A stretch of 64,000 nt of DNA from NCBI GenBank assembly GCA_977020255.1, contig CDROCS010000546.1, positions 1 through 64,000 on the forward strand. Reading direction: 5' to 3'. The translations under genes were made by a program, and so were the position numbers. This stretch comes from Obrimoposthia wandeli (lineage: Eukaryota). This document shows positions 47,985 to 57,745 of this stretch, piece by piece. The notes beneath the pieces are model-generated. The model had not been told where the DNA came from, did no database searches, and worked only from the letters and a program-made list of their open reading frames with translations. The first letter of the stretch is position 1. The number at the start of each line of letters is the position of its first letter.

Positions 47985-49091
47985 CTACTGCCCGGTTTTA
48001 ATCCGCGTCCAGGTACGGTTCATGAAACGGGTGTACTTGGGCCCATCGGCCGTGTGAGTAAAGAGGTTTTTCATCGTCGCATCATTGGGGTAGATGGCTG
48101 GATCTTCCAATACCGCTTTATCTAGGTATTGTTGTGATGCTTTATTACCGTTGGCGTAGTTAATATAATTACTCGCTTTAGCAATCACTTCTGGACGCAA
48201 AATATAGTTGAGGAAGATATGTGCCTCTTCTACGTTTTTAGCATCGGAGGGAATAGCCATTTGATCAAACCAAACTTGAGCGCCCTCTTTGGGGATGCGG
48301 TAACCCACTTCGATACCGTTATTTGCTTCATCAGCGCGATCACGCGCCTGCAAAATATCCCCAGACCAACCCAGTGCGACACAACCATCACCGTTGGCCA
48401 GTGCACTGATAAATTCCGATGAATGGAACTTGCGCACATACTGGCGAATATTATTAAACACCGCCTCCGCTTTTTTGATTTCGGCTTTGTCTTTGGTGTT
48501 TGGATCTAGGCCTAGATACTGTAGAGCTGCTGGGATTGTCTCTGTCGGTGCATCTAAAATATAGATACCACAATCAGCGAGGGAGGCTGCATTGGCTGGA
48601 TCAAAAATCAAACTGTATGAATCAACGGGTGCATTGGCAATACGCTCAGCCACTTTGGCTTTGTTGTAACCAATACCGGTGGTTCCCCACATGTAGTTGA
48701 TCGAATGCGCATTATCAGGGTCATAAGCAGACGTAGTTTTTTGAATATCATCCCAGGCATGTTTCAAATTGGGTAATTTAGATTTATCGAGTTTTTGAAA
48801 AATACCTGCCTGAATTTGACGTTTTAGGAAGGAGCCCGATGGGGTAACAATGTCATAACCCGAGGCGCCGGTGAGCATTTTGGTTTCAACCATTTCATTG
48901 GAATCGAAAACATCATAGTTAACTTTTATCCCCGTTTCTTTTTCAAAATCGGTAATAATGCTTTCATCGATATAGTCCGACCAATTGTAAACATTGAGAC
49001 TCCGATCAGCAGCCTGTGCCGCTCCCGCTGCAAATAACGTTGCTACAGCAGTGCCTAGCAGGCGCTTTTTGAATGATCCTTTTGCTATCAT
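47985..49091 (-). CDS. potF: Putrescine-binding periplasmic protein
   Basis: VYNWSDYI, YDVFDSNE, YMWGTTGIGYN and GWSGD motifs. Signal peptide from ATG 49091. Confidence 0.9.
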   Translation of the reverse strand: MIAKGSFKKRLLGTAVATLFAAGAAQAADRSLNVYNWSDYIDESIITDFEKETGIKVNYDVFDSNEMVETKMLTGASGYDIVTPSGSFLKRQIQAGIFQKLDKSKLPNLKHAWDDIQKTTSAYDPDNAHSINYMWGTTGIGYNKAKVAERIANAPVDSYSLIFDPANAASLADCGIYILDAPTETIPAALQYLGLDPNTKDKAEIKKAEAVFNNIRQYVRKFHSSEFISALANGDGCVALGWSGDILQARDRADEANNGIEVGYRIPKEGAQVWFDQMAIPSDAKNVEEAHIFLNYILRPEVIAKASNYINYANGNKASQQYLDKAVLEDPAIYPNDATMKNLFTHTADGPKYTRFMNRTWTRIKTGQ

Positions 49092-49244
49092 CGTGCGTTC
49101 CTCGTCTATTATTTTTGTAAGTTCAAGGAAATATGCGGCTAAGCCTCCACGTTCCCTAATTGTCAGAGGCGTTTTGGCTGTGTTCACATGCTTCCAAGGT
49201 ATCGCCTATATTCAAAATCGCACATTTATTTCAACTAATCAATA

Positions 49245-49258
49245 TTTGTGATCACAAA
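49245..49258. promoter_or_regulatory. Palindromic operator in the potF/GntR divergent region
   Basis: TTTGTGATCACAAA, a perfect 14-bp palindrome. Confidence 0.7.
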
Positions 49259-49353
49259 ATTTGTATTTTTTTTATCCATGTCGTTTAATGTTCTTAACAC
49301 TTTTTTAACATGCAAGCAGCACCATCGCTATACCACTAAGGGGGGATGTCGCT

Positions 49354-49995
49354 ATGACGGATCAAAGCCTTACGATCAATGAATCGACCTATCGAGCATT
49401 GCGAGAAAAGATTCTCTTTGGCGAACTAGCACCTGGAAAACCGGTCACTATCCGCGGCCTAGCTCAATCACTCGAGGTCAGTCCCACACCGGTAAGGGAG
49501 AGCGTACGGCGTTTGATTGCCGAGCGGGCACTTACCATGCACGATAATCGTCGCGTTTCCATTCCGATAATGGACAACCGGCGTTTTCAAGAAATTCGCC
49601 TTGCCAGGCTTCTGCTCGAACCTGAAATGGCCATGCAAGCAGTGGCGAGCATTCAACAAAGTGATATTGAACGCTTGATAAGTATAGATGAGAAAATGGA
49701 TATAGCTTTAGAAAACCAAGACTTAGTAGGCTACATGCGCGGAAATTACGAATTTCATTTCACCATCTATCGTCTGGCATCACAAGATGTACTATTGAGC
49801 TTAGTCGAAAGTTTATGGCTGCAATTTGGCCCCTATATGCGCCAGGTTTATGACCGCATTGGCAGAGTACCTATCGATGATCAGCACCGAGTGGCCACAA
49901 AATCACTTATTGCCCGCGATAGTATTGGCTTCAAGAATGCTATTGTCGAAGATTTGCAGCAGGGCATGACCTTTATCGGATTCGACAAGCCGTAA
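49354..49995 (+). CDS. GntR-family (FCD domain) regulator
   Basis: LAQSLEVSPTPVRES HTH plus an FCD-like C-terminus (NYEFHFTIY). Confidence 0.9.
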   Translation: MTDQSLTINESTYRALREKILFGELAPGKPVTIRGLAQSLEVSPTPVRESVRRLIAERALTMHDNRRVSIPIMDNRRFQEIRLARLLLEPEMAMQAVASIQQSDIERLISIDEKMDIALENQDLVGYMRGNYEFHFTIYRLASQDVLLSLVESLWLQFGPYMRQVYDRIGRVPIDDQHRVATKSLIARDSIGFKNAIVEDLQQGMTFIGFDKP

Positions 49996-50105
49996 CGGTT
50001 GAGACAACGCTATCTGTTTCAGTTATTTGAAATATTTACCCGTTATTTTTTAGCAGCTTAGGAGATGTTTTAACCATCTCTAGTGAAAAGGGATTGACTT
50101 TATTA

Positions 50106-50135
50106 TTTTGTGATCACAAAATGTGATCACAAATA
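50106..50135. promoter_or_regulatory. Tandem TGTGATCACA operators upstream of the second gamma-glutamylation operon
   Basis: TTTTGTGATCACAAAA (50106-50121) is immediately followed by TGTGATCACA (50122-50131). Confidence 0.7.
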
Positions 50136-50250
50136 TTAAATTGTATGTCGTGAATGACAAGTAACACCCTGTTCACCATGAACTAAGCTAAAAACATACA
50201 ACAGCGTTACTTGATAGCCAATCTGGCTATCAAGCTAAACATGCAAAAAT

Positions 50251-51660
50251 TTGGATACGAATATGACTACCAACAGCGGCAAAGTAAACAATTTAAAGAT
50301 TGATCTTAATCAGTTGCCAAAAAAGACTGAAGAGCTACGCGCGTTTATGTCGCGTTATAAAATTGATGAAGTTGAGTGCACTATTCCTGACATTCACGGC
50401 GTGGCTCGCGGCAAGGCCATGCCGGCGAGTAAATTCGCTAGCTCAACTCCAACCTTCCTTCCCTTCAGTATTTTTTTCCAAAGTATTACCGGCCAATATA
50501 TCGATTACAGCAGCGAGCAGTATGATACTGAAACCGATATGTTGCTTGTCCCCGATTTAAGCACTATTCGTCCCATTCCATGGGCTCGCTATCCTAGTTT
50601 GCACGTTATCCATGATATCCATTACCTCTCTGGCGAACCGGTGATGTGCGCGCCACGTAACCAATTAAAACACGTATTAAAACTCTATGCCGAGCAAGGC
50701 TGGAAGCCAGTCGTCGCTCCAGAGTTAGAGTTCTACCTCACTAAGACCAATATCGATCCAGATCAACCGCTTGAACCCCCTGTTGGCCGCTCTGGTCGCC
50801 AGAGTGTCGGCCGTCAAGCTTACTCGATGGCAGCGATCGATGAATATGAACCAATCATTGAAGATATTTACGAGTTTGCTGAAGCGCAAGGGCTGGTCAT
50901 TGACACCATTATCCAAGAGGGCGGTGCCGCGCAACTTGAGATAAACATGGACCACGGCGACCCACTTTTCCTTGCCGACAGTGTATTTTTATTCAAGCGA
51001 CTCATCCGTGAGGCGGCACTTCGTCATAATTGTTACGCCACATTTATGGCTAAGCCGATGACTAGTCAACCCGGTAGCGCGATGCACATTCACCAATCAG
51101 TTATTGATATAAAGAGCGGTGACAATATATTTAACGATGCCAATGATCAGGCGACTGACCATTTTTATCACTTTATTGGCGGTCATCAAAAGTATTTAGA
51201 GGCGGCTACCTGCCTGCTCGCGCCCTACGTCAATTCATACCGCAGACTCGTACCCAGTGGCTCGGCGCCGATCAATTTGGAATGGTCTTTTGACAATCGC
51301 TCTGCTGGGATACGTGTTCCTATTAGCGCACCGCAATCACGGCGCGTCGAGAACCGTATTTCCGGAGTCGACACTAACCCCTACAGCGCCATTGCCGCCA
51401 GCTTAGCAACTGGATACTTAGGCATGATGAATAAAACCAAACCACGTAAACAGTTTGTCGGTGAGGCCTATCATGCCGACTATGGTCTGCCGCGCAGCTT
51501 ACTCGAAGCACTGACCAAGTTTGAGGAGTGCACTGAGTTGCGCGAAATCCTCGGCGAGGAATTTTCCAGTATTTATAGCGCATTAAAAACACACGAATTT
51601 GATGAGTTTATGCAAGTTGTCAGCCCTTGGGAGCGCGAACATTTGCTGCTAACCGTATAG
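50251..51660 (+). CDS. Glutamine synthetase-like gamma-glutamylpolyamine synthetase (SpuI/PauA-like)
   Basis: PDIHGVARGK, APELEFY, EGGAAQLEIN, GSAMHIH and ENRISG.DTNPY motifs. Confidence 0.88.
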   Translation: MDTNMTTNSGKVNNLKIDLNQLPKKTEELRAFMSRYKIDEVECTIPDIHGVARGKAMPASKFASSTPTFLPFSIFFQSITGQYIDYSSEQYDTETDMLLVPDLSTIRPIPWARYPSLHVIHDIHYLSGEPVMCAPRNQLKHVLKLYAEQGWKPVVAPELEFYLTKTNIDPDQPLEPPVGRSGRQSVGRQAYSMAAIDEYEPIIEDIYEFAEAQGLVIDTIIQEGGAAQLEINMDHGDPLFLADSVFLFKRLIREAALRHNCYATFMAKPMTSQPGSAMHIHQSVIDIKSGDNIFNDANDQATDHFYHFIGGHQKYLEAATCLLAPYVNSYRRLVPSGSAPINLEWSFDNRSAGIRVPISAPQSRRVENRISGVDTNPYSAIAASLATGYLGMMNKTKPRKQFVGEAYHADYGLPRSLLEALTKFEECTELREILGEEFSSIYSALKTHEFDEFMQVVSPWEREHLLLTV

Positions 51661-51746
51661 CGATAGCTATCACCTAAAACAAAAACAATCATACACCTGA
51701 CAGCCAAAACGCAGCGCTATGCTCGTTTGCACTTGGAGATACATAT

Positions 51747-53123
51747 ATGACGAACCAAACACAGGCAATGCAACAGGCCAACAGTGCTCACCACATCCAG
51801 CCATTTACCGATAATAAAGAACTAGCTGAGAAAGGTGCACGTATCATTACTAGAGCCGAAGGCTGTTATATTTGGGACTCTGAGGGCAATAAAATTCTCG
51901 ACGGGATGGCCGGGTTGTGGTGTATGAATGTTGGCTACGGCCGCGATGAAATTGTTGATGCCGTAGCTACCCAAATGCGTCAACTACCCTATTACAATAC
52001 GTTCTTCCAAACGAGCCATCCACCGGCTATCGCTCTCGCTGAACGCCTGGCGAGATTGGCACCTGCACATATCAATCACGTCTTTTTTACCGGTTCTGGC
52101 TCTGATGCAAACGACACTATCTTGCGCATGGTTCGCCACTATTGGGCAAGTTTGGGTAAAAAGAACAAAAAAGTAGTGATCTCACGCAAAAATGCCTACC
52201 ACGGTTCAACTGTCGCCGGTGCCAGTTTAGGTGGCATGAAAGGCATGCACGAACAGGGAGACCTACCTATCCCCAATATCAGTCATATCAACCAGCCATA
52301 CTGGTATGCTGAGGGCGGTGATATGGACCCCAATGAATTCGGTTTGGCACGCGCACGCGAGCTGGAAGCTGAAATTGATAGGCTCGGTGAGGACAACGTT
52401 GCCGCTTTCATTGCTGAGCCCGTACAAGGCGCCGGTGGGGTAATTATTCCCCCCGCAACTTATTGGCCAGAAATTCAACGCATCTGCAATGAGCGAGAAA
52501 TCTTGTTAATTGCCGACGAAGTCATCACAGGCTTTGGCCGCACCGGCAATTGGTTCGCCAGTGAAACTTTTGATATCAAGCCCGATTTTATGCCGATCGC
52601 CAAAGGTCTGAGTTCAGGTTATTTACCGATAGGTGGAGTGATGCTCAGTGATCGCGCTGCGAAAGTATTGATTCAAGAGGGTGGTGAATTCAATCACGGC
52701 TACACTTATTCAGGCCATCCCTCATCCTGTGCCGCAGCGCTGGCAAACTTAGATATTATAGAGCGCGAGGGGTTAGTCGAGCGCGTACGCGATGATATCG
52801 GTCCTTACATGCAGCAACGTTGGGCTGAACTAGCGGAACATCCAATGGTCGGCGAAGCGCGAATGATAGGTTTAATGGGCGCGATCGAGCTCTCTGCTGA
52901 TAAGGCTAAACGCGCGGCTTTCACTTCAGAAAAAGGAACCGTCGGCCTACTGTGCCGAGAAAATTGCTTTGATCACAACATCGTGATGCGCCACGTCGGT
53001 GATACCATGATTATTTCACCACCACTGACTATTAGCCGCGATCAGGTCGATGTTTTAGTGGATACCGCCAAGTTATGTCTAGATTTGACCTGGCAGCAAG
53101 CTCAGGATGCGGGCTACTGTTAA
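51747..53123 (+). CDS. spuC: Class III aminotransferase (putrescine/polyamine:pyruvate, SpuC-like)
   Basis: DGMAGLWC, AYHGST, AEPVQGAGG, ADEV.TGFGR, AKGLSSGY and HGYTYSGHP motifs. Confidence 0.85.
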   Translation: MTNQTQAMQQANSAHHIQPFTDNKELAEKGARIITRAEGCYIWDSEGNKILDGMAGLWCMNVGYGRDEIVDAVATQMRQLPYYNTFFQTSHPPAIALAERLARLAPAHINHVFFTGSGSDANDTILRMVRHYWASLGKKNKKVVISRKNAYHGSTVAGASLGGMKGMHEQGDLPIPNISHINQPYWYAEGGDMDPNEFGLARARELEAEIDRLGEDNVAAFIAEPVQGAGGVIIPPATYWPEIQRICNEREILLIADEVITGFGRTGNWFASETFDIKPDFMPIAKGLSSGYLPIGGVMLSDRAAKVLIQEGGEFNHGYTYSGHPSSCAAALANLDIIEREGLVERVRDDIGPYMQQRWAELAEHPMVGEARMIGLMGAIELSADKAKRAAFTSEKGTVGLLCRENCFDHNIVMRHVGDTMIISPPLTISRDQVDVLVDTAKLCLDLTWQQAQDAGYC

Positions 53124-53174
53124 TCATTTTTAAGGGCGCTATGCGCCCGTTACGACATTGCAAAAGAGGTCACT

Positions 53175-54485
53175 ATGAAGTTCTCAGGGCGTTTTCTCCA
53201 CCACAATGATATAGCAGGACAGTATCCCGACTCCTATTACGCGGCAACTGCTCAAGGGTTAGCCAGCTACCCTTCCCAGCAAGGTGAAGAAGAGAGCGAT
53301 GTCTGTATCATTGGCGCCGGGTTTACTGGATTATCTGCCGCACTTCACTTGGCTAAGGCGGGGCTCAAGGTTACTTTACTTGAGGCGCATCGTGTTGGAT
53401 GGGGGGCTTCAGGGCGAAACGGAGGGCAATTAGGCGTAGGACAACGGGTCGAACAAGAAGAGCTGGAAGCTCAGTACGGCTCTGCTACAGCCCATCAACT
53501 GTGGGAGTTGTCACTGGAGTCAGTTCAACTGTGCAAAGACTTAATAAGTCAATACAACATAGACTGTGATCTTACGCCCGGCATACTCCACGCCGATCAC
53601 AAAGCCAAATACGTCGCCGATAGTTTGGCAACGGCAGAACATCTGCAAAGTGAGTACAACTACGACAAAGTACGCTTTATTGAGCGCAATGAAATACGCG
53701 ACATGGTCGGTTCCGACGCTTATCATGGCGGCTGTCTTTACAGTGAAGCTGCCCACTTACACCCACTTAATTTTGCGTTGGGATTAGCGCGCGCCGCGGT
53801 GGCAGCGGGTGTGACTATTTACGAAAACTCAGAAGTACTGAGTTACACCAAAGATGACCCCGCTGTCATTACTCTGTCCGAGGGTCGGATAAAATCGCGC
53901 TTTGTTCTGCTTGCTTGCAACGGCTACTTAGACGATTTGGATCCTAAAGTGGCCAAGAAAATAATGCCCATTAATAATTTCATTGTCGCTACCGAACCAT
54001 TAGGCGACGCAGCTGCTAACTTGATACGAGATAATGTAGCCGTGGCTGACTCTAGGTTTGTCATCAATTATTTTCGTCTTAGTGCCGACAAGCGTATGTT
54101 ATTCGGTGGCGGCGAGAATTACAGCTTTAAATTCCCCAGCGATATCAAAAACTTCGTCACTAAGCCTATGTTGGAGATCTATCCACAGCTTGAAGGGGTG
54201 AAGTTAGATTATGGCTGGGGAGGAACACTGGGGATCACGGTCAATCGAATGCCCTTCCTCGACCGCTTAGCACCAAACGTACTCTGCGCAGTGGGCTACT
54301 CCGGCCACGGTATTGGTATGGCTACTTTTTGCGGTAAATTAATGGCCGATGCAATCAACACCACTGCCACAAAATTTGATGTAATGGCTGAGGTACCTAC
54401 TCCCACTTTCCCCGGTGGCACACTCTTGCGCTGGCCGGGGTTAGTACTAGCGATGACTTACTATTCCATACGTGACAAGCTGTAA
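53175..54485 (+). CDS. puuB: FAD-dependent oxidoreductase, gamma-glutamylputrescine oxidase-like
   Basis: SYYAAT, DVCIIGAGFTG, GASGRNGGQ and GYSGHG motifs. Confidence 0.85.
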   Translation: MKFSGRFLHHNDIAGQYPDSYYAATAQGLASYPSQQGEEESDVCIIGAGFTGLSAALHLAKAGLKVTLLEAHRVGWGASGRNGGQLGVGQRVEQEELEAQYGSATAHQLWELSLESVQLCKDLISQYNIDCDLTPGILHADHKAKYVADSLATAEHLQSEYNYDKVRFIERNEIRDMVGSDAYHGGCLYSEAAHLHPLNFALGLARAAVAAGVTIYENSEVLSYTKDDPAVITLSEGRIKSRFVLLACNGYLDDLDPKVAKKIMPINNFIVATEPLGDAAANLIRDNVAVADSRFVINYFRLSADKRMLFGGGENYSFKFPSDIKNFVTKPMLEIYPQLEGVKLDYGWGGTLGITVNRMPFLDRLAPNVLCAVGYSGHGIGMATFCGKLMADAINTTATKFDVMAEVPTPTFPGGTLLRWPGLVLAMTYYSIRDKL

Positions 54486-54765
54486 GGCTGCACTAAGAAC
54501 AGCTAACAGGCCGTTTAGCATCATTACTCTACATCTATGCGCCGCTATATATCCTAGGAGTTTTTAGAGAGCTTCTGCGTTCTATTTTAAGCTGACATAC
54601 CGTTCTTTGATAATTGATGAGCAATTACTCGAAGCTGCCCAGAAAAAAAGAGCGACGCGGATAACTGTGTTCTGTTATCGAGACACTACCGTATCTGGGC
54701 GCCTCATATGTTCTAAACCGTTATTAAATGCTGTTTTCTATCTGACTGAATAGGTCATACGTAAC

Positions 54766-56559
54766 TTATTCAGTTCCGTAAATACTCGCCCTATACGTCA
54801 AAAATTGTTGGTAGATGTCATCGAGACTGTTGGGCCGGTGAATCAAATAACCTTGTAACATATCGCAATTTAAGCTTTTACACATATCATATTGCTCGAT
54901 AGTTTCTATCCCTTCAGCCACTATTTTCATGTTCAAGCGATGACCCATTTCGACGATCCCTGCCACCAGTGCCTGGTTACGCTTTTTCCTTTGAATGTCT
55001 TTAATTAACGAGATGTCAATTTTCAGATAATCCATCGGAAACTCAATAATGTGTTTTACCGATGTGTAACCGGTACCGAAATCATCCAATGCAATACTGA
55101 CCTCGCGTTTACGTAATTTTTTTACTTGTCGTAAACACGAGCGGGTATCTTTGATGACTTGTCGTTCAGTGAGTTCAAGGCAGATCAGTGACGCTGGGAT
55201 TTGATACTCATCCAACCATTCGAAGAACTGATCACAAAATACCGCACTGGATAGCTGAGAAGCGGTGACATTAATTTTGATACGATTCAGTCTTTGCTCA
55301 CTCTGGGTAAAGCGTACAAACAAATCTCCTGCACTACTCAGCACTACCTTAGTTAATTGATTGATCACCGGGCTATTTTCAAAAATAGGAATGAATTCTC
55401 CCGGGCTGACGCTGCCCATTTGCTCCGAATTCCAACGTAATAGCGCCTCAAAAATATAAGATTCGCTATCCGCTAGGTCTTCAACACGTTGAAAAAAAAC
55501 ACTGAACTCGCTGCGCTCTATCGCACCATTGAATGCACTTTGAATCTGTAATTTACGGGCATATTTGCGATCAAGTTCTTTGGTGTAAAAGCCAACTATT
55601 GTGTCGTTTTCTGCCTGAGACTTCACCTCGTACATTGCATAGTCAGCGTGCTTCATCAACATCTCTAAATTGGGCGCTTGAGGGTAGTAAGCGACACCGA
55701 TTGATGGCAAGTTCTGAATTTGTTTCTTCTCAATATTAAACGGTGATTCAAACGCTAGAATCAGTCGATCAATCAACTGATACACTTCTTCATCTTGCTT
55801 GAGGAAATCGGTGAAAATAATAAATTCATCGCCGCCGATACGCCCGACAAAATCAGTTTTTCGCGCAGTTTCTTGCAGCCGTTGTGCAACTTGCTTGAGC
55901 AGCTCATCGCCCACCGTATGGCCAAAGTTATCATTGACGTTCTTAAAATCGTTTAAGTCGAGGTACAACAACGCAAATCGCTGATCACTGCGCTTGGCAC
56001 GCTCTATCATTTGCGTAATGGATATTTCAAAATGGGCACGATTAGGCAATTTGGTCAGAAAATCTGTATGGGCTAAATGCTGCAAGATATCGTTTTTTTC
56101 TTCGATATCATTAAGTGATTGTCGCAGAGCCAAATCTACTTTTTTGCGCTCTTTAGCGTAGTGTAAACTACGTGCTAGTAGCTGCGGGGTAATTTGATTT
56201 TTGGTGAGAAAATCCTGAACACCTAATTTAAATGAAGCGGCGGCTGTCTCTAAGTCGCCTTGTGCTGTCAGAATAACAATAGGCAGTGAAGGGTATAGAT
56301 CATTGAGGTGTGTCACTCCACTGGGGCCTGAACTATCGGGCAGATTCATGTCGAGAATCAGCACATCAAATGTGCGTTTGGCCAGTGCCGCTTCTATATC
56401 TGTAAAATTTTTTACGCTTTCTAACGTAAACTGCCCTTGATAGGCTTCCTCTAACATAGCGCGCACAATAGCTTCATCGACCGGGCTGTCTTCAGCGATC
56501 AGAAAGACGTTGCATCCTCTCTCTCTGGTATTCGCTAACAGCACTGGCTTTTCTGTCAT
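54766..56559 (-). CDS. REC-GGDEF-EAL response regulator (c-di-GMP cyclase/phosphodiesterase)
   Basis: REC LILDMNLPD, DFLTKLPNR, RIGGDEF, EALLRW, DDFGTGY and QGY motifs, all apparently intact. Confidence 0.92.
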   Translation of the reverse strand: MTEKPVLLANTRERGCNVFLIAEDSPVDEAIVRAMLEEAYQGQFTLESVKNFTDIEAALAKRTFDVLILDMNLPDSSGPSGVTHLNDLYPSLPIVILTAQGDLETAAASFKLGVQDFLTKNQITPQLLARSLHYAKERKKVDLALRQSLNDIEEKNDILQHLAHTDFLTKLPNRAHFEISITQMIERAKRSDQRFALLYLDLNDFKNVNDNFGHTVGDELLKQVAQRLQETARKTDFVGRIGGDEFIIFTDFLKQDEEVYQLIDRLILAFESPFNIEKKQIQNLPSIGVAYYPQAPNLEMLMKHADYAMYEVKSQAENDTIVGFYTKELDRKYARKLQIQSAFNGAIERSEFSVFFQRVEDLADSESYIFEALLRWNSEQMGSVSPGEFIPIFENSPVINQLTKVVLSSAGDLFVRFTQSEQRLNRIKINVTASQLSSAVFCDQFFEWLDEYQIPASLICLELTERQVIKDTRSCLRQVKKLRKREVSIALDDFGTGYTSVKHIIEFPMDYLKIDISLIKDIQRKKRNQALVAGIVEMGHRLNMKIVAEGIETIEQYDMCKSLNCDMLQGYLIHRPNSLDDIYQQFLTYRASIYGTE

Positions 56560-56567
56560 AATAGATC

Positions 56568-57281
56568 CTACTGCAAATAATGGTAGCTAACTTGTAAACC
56601 GCCCAATGCGGAGCTAGCAAAACTAAGTTGTGACTCATTGAGCTGCGCGATACGCGCACAATAACTGAGTCCGACGCCTAAATGATCAAGATCCGCTTGC
56701 TCAGTTGTACTACTAAATAGCTTAGTCAAAGAATTGTATTTTGCTTCATCAACACCTGAACCGTTATCTTCTACGGTGAAGCTCACGCTCTGATCGGCTC
56801 TGATGGCTAAGCCTATACGTACAATTCCCTGCCCTTCTCTATTACAAAATCGCAATGCATTATCGATGAGAGCCTGTACCAATACCTGCCAATGACGCTT
56901 ATTGGTTTGTAACTCTATTGTGGCTATTTCGCTGATTATACGCACGGGAGAAAGCTGCTGTTGCACCTTGTGTTGTTCGCTATTCACTGCACTGGCAATA
57001 CAGCTTTCGACTAACTCTGCAAGGTTAAAATATTGTACTGGCTCACCCACTTTCACGAGTCTGTTATAGACCGCTAAAGCATCAATCATCGCTTGACCGC
57101 GATCTGCACTGAATTTAATTAACTGCATCCAATGGAGTTCTTTTTCATTCAGTCTGTCGGCTATGTCTTCCTCTAACATCGCTGCCAGCTGGCTAACACC
57201 GCGCATTGCGCTGCCCAAATCATGTGAAATTATCTGGGTATATTCTTGTAACATTTCATCACTGTTGAATTTATTTGTCAT
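56568..57281 (-). CDS. Short sensorless histidine kinase (HisKA plus HATPase only)
   Basis: SHDL at residues 18-21, LIDNALRF (N box), EDNGSG and GVGLS motifs. 237 aa. Confidence 0.8.
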   Translation of the reverse strand: MTNKFNSDEMLQEYTQIISHDLGSAMRGVSQLAAMLEEDIADRLNEKELHWMQLIKFSADRGQAMIDALAVYNRLVKVGEPVQYFNLAELVESCIASAVNSEQHKVQQQLSPVRIISEIATIELQTNKRHWQVLVQALIDNALRFCNREGQGIVRIGLAIRADQSVSFTVEDNGSGVDEAKYNSLTKLFSSTTEQADLDHLGVGLSYCARIAQLNESQLSFASSALGGLQVSYHYLQ

Positions 57282-57289
57282 TTCCTCAC

Positions 57290-57721
57290 CTACTTATTCA
57301 GAGGTAACTTCACAATATCTATCCAAAAGGTTTCAATGCTTTGCACCACGTCAATAAAGCTCTTGAACGATACTGGCTTGCTGATAAAGCAGTTAGCATG
57401 CAATTGGTAGGACTCTTTGATATCTAGCGCATCTTGCGAGCTCGATAGAATGATGACAGGTATATCTTTGGTCAGCTCATCCTGTTTAATCGCTTTGAGC
57501 ACCTCTCGACCACTTACCTTAGGTAAATTCAAATCTAATAACACAATATCGGGGCGTACAGCATCACTGTGTTCGCCACGCTTAAATAAATAATCCAGGG
57601 CCATTTCACCATCAGTGACCACTTTGAGAATGTTTCTAAGCTTACCGCGGCTCAATGATTCACGCGTTAATTCGATATCGCCAAGATTATCTTCGATTAG
57701 AAGAATATTGATTGATTCCAT
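57290..57721 (-). CDS. Single-domain response regulator, Rcp1-like
   Basis: ILLIEDN.GD, PDIVLLDLNLPK.SG.EVL and ANCFISKPV motifs. Confidence 0.92.
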   Translation of the reverse strand: MESINILLIEDNLGDIELTRESLSRGKLRNILKVVTDGEMALDYLFKRGEHSDAVRPDIVLLDLNLPKVSGREVLKAIKQDELTKDIPVIILSSSQDALDIKESYQLHANCFISKPVSFKSFIDVVQSIETFWIDIVKLPLNK

Positions 57722-57745
57722 GTATAAAACCTAAGCTAAATAATA

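Noticed and set aside
49245-49258. TGTGA/TCACA as a CRP site
   Set aside because: CRP needs a 6-bp spacer between half-sites and there is none here. Reinterpreted as a GntR operator.
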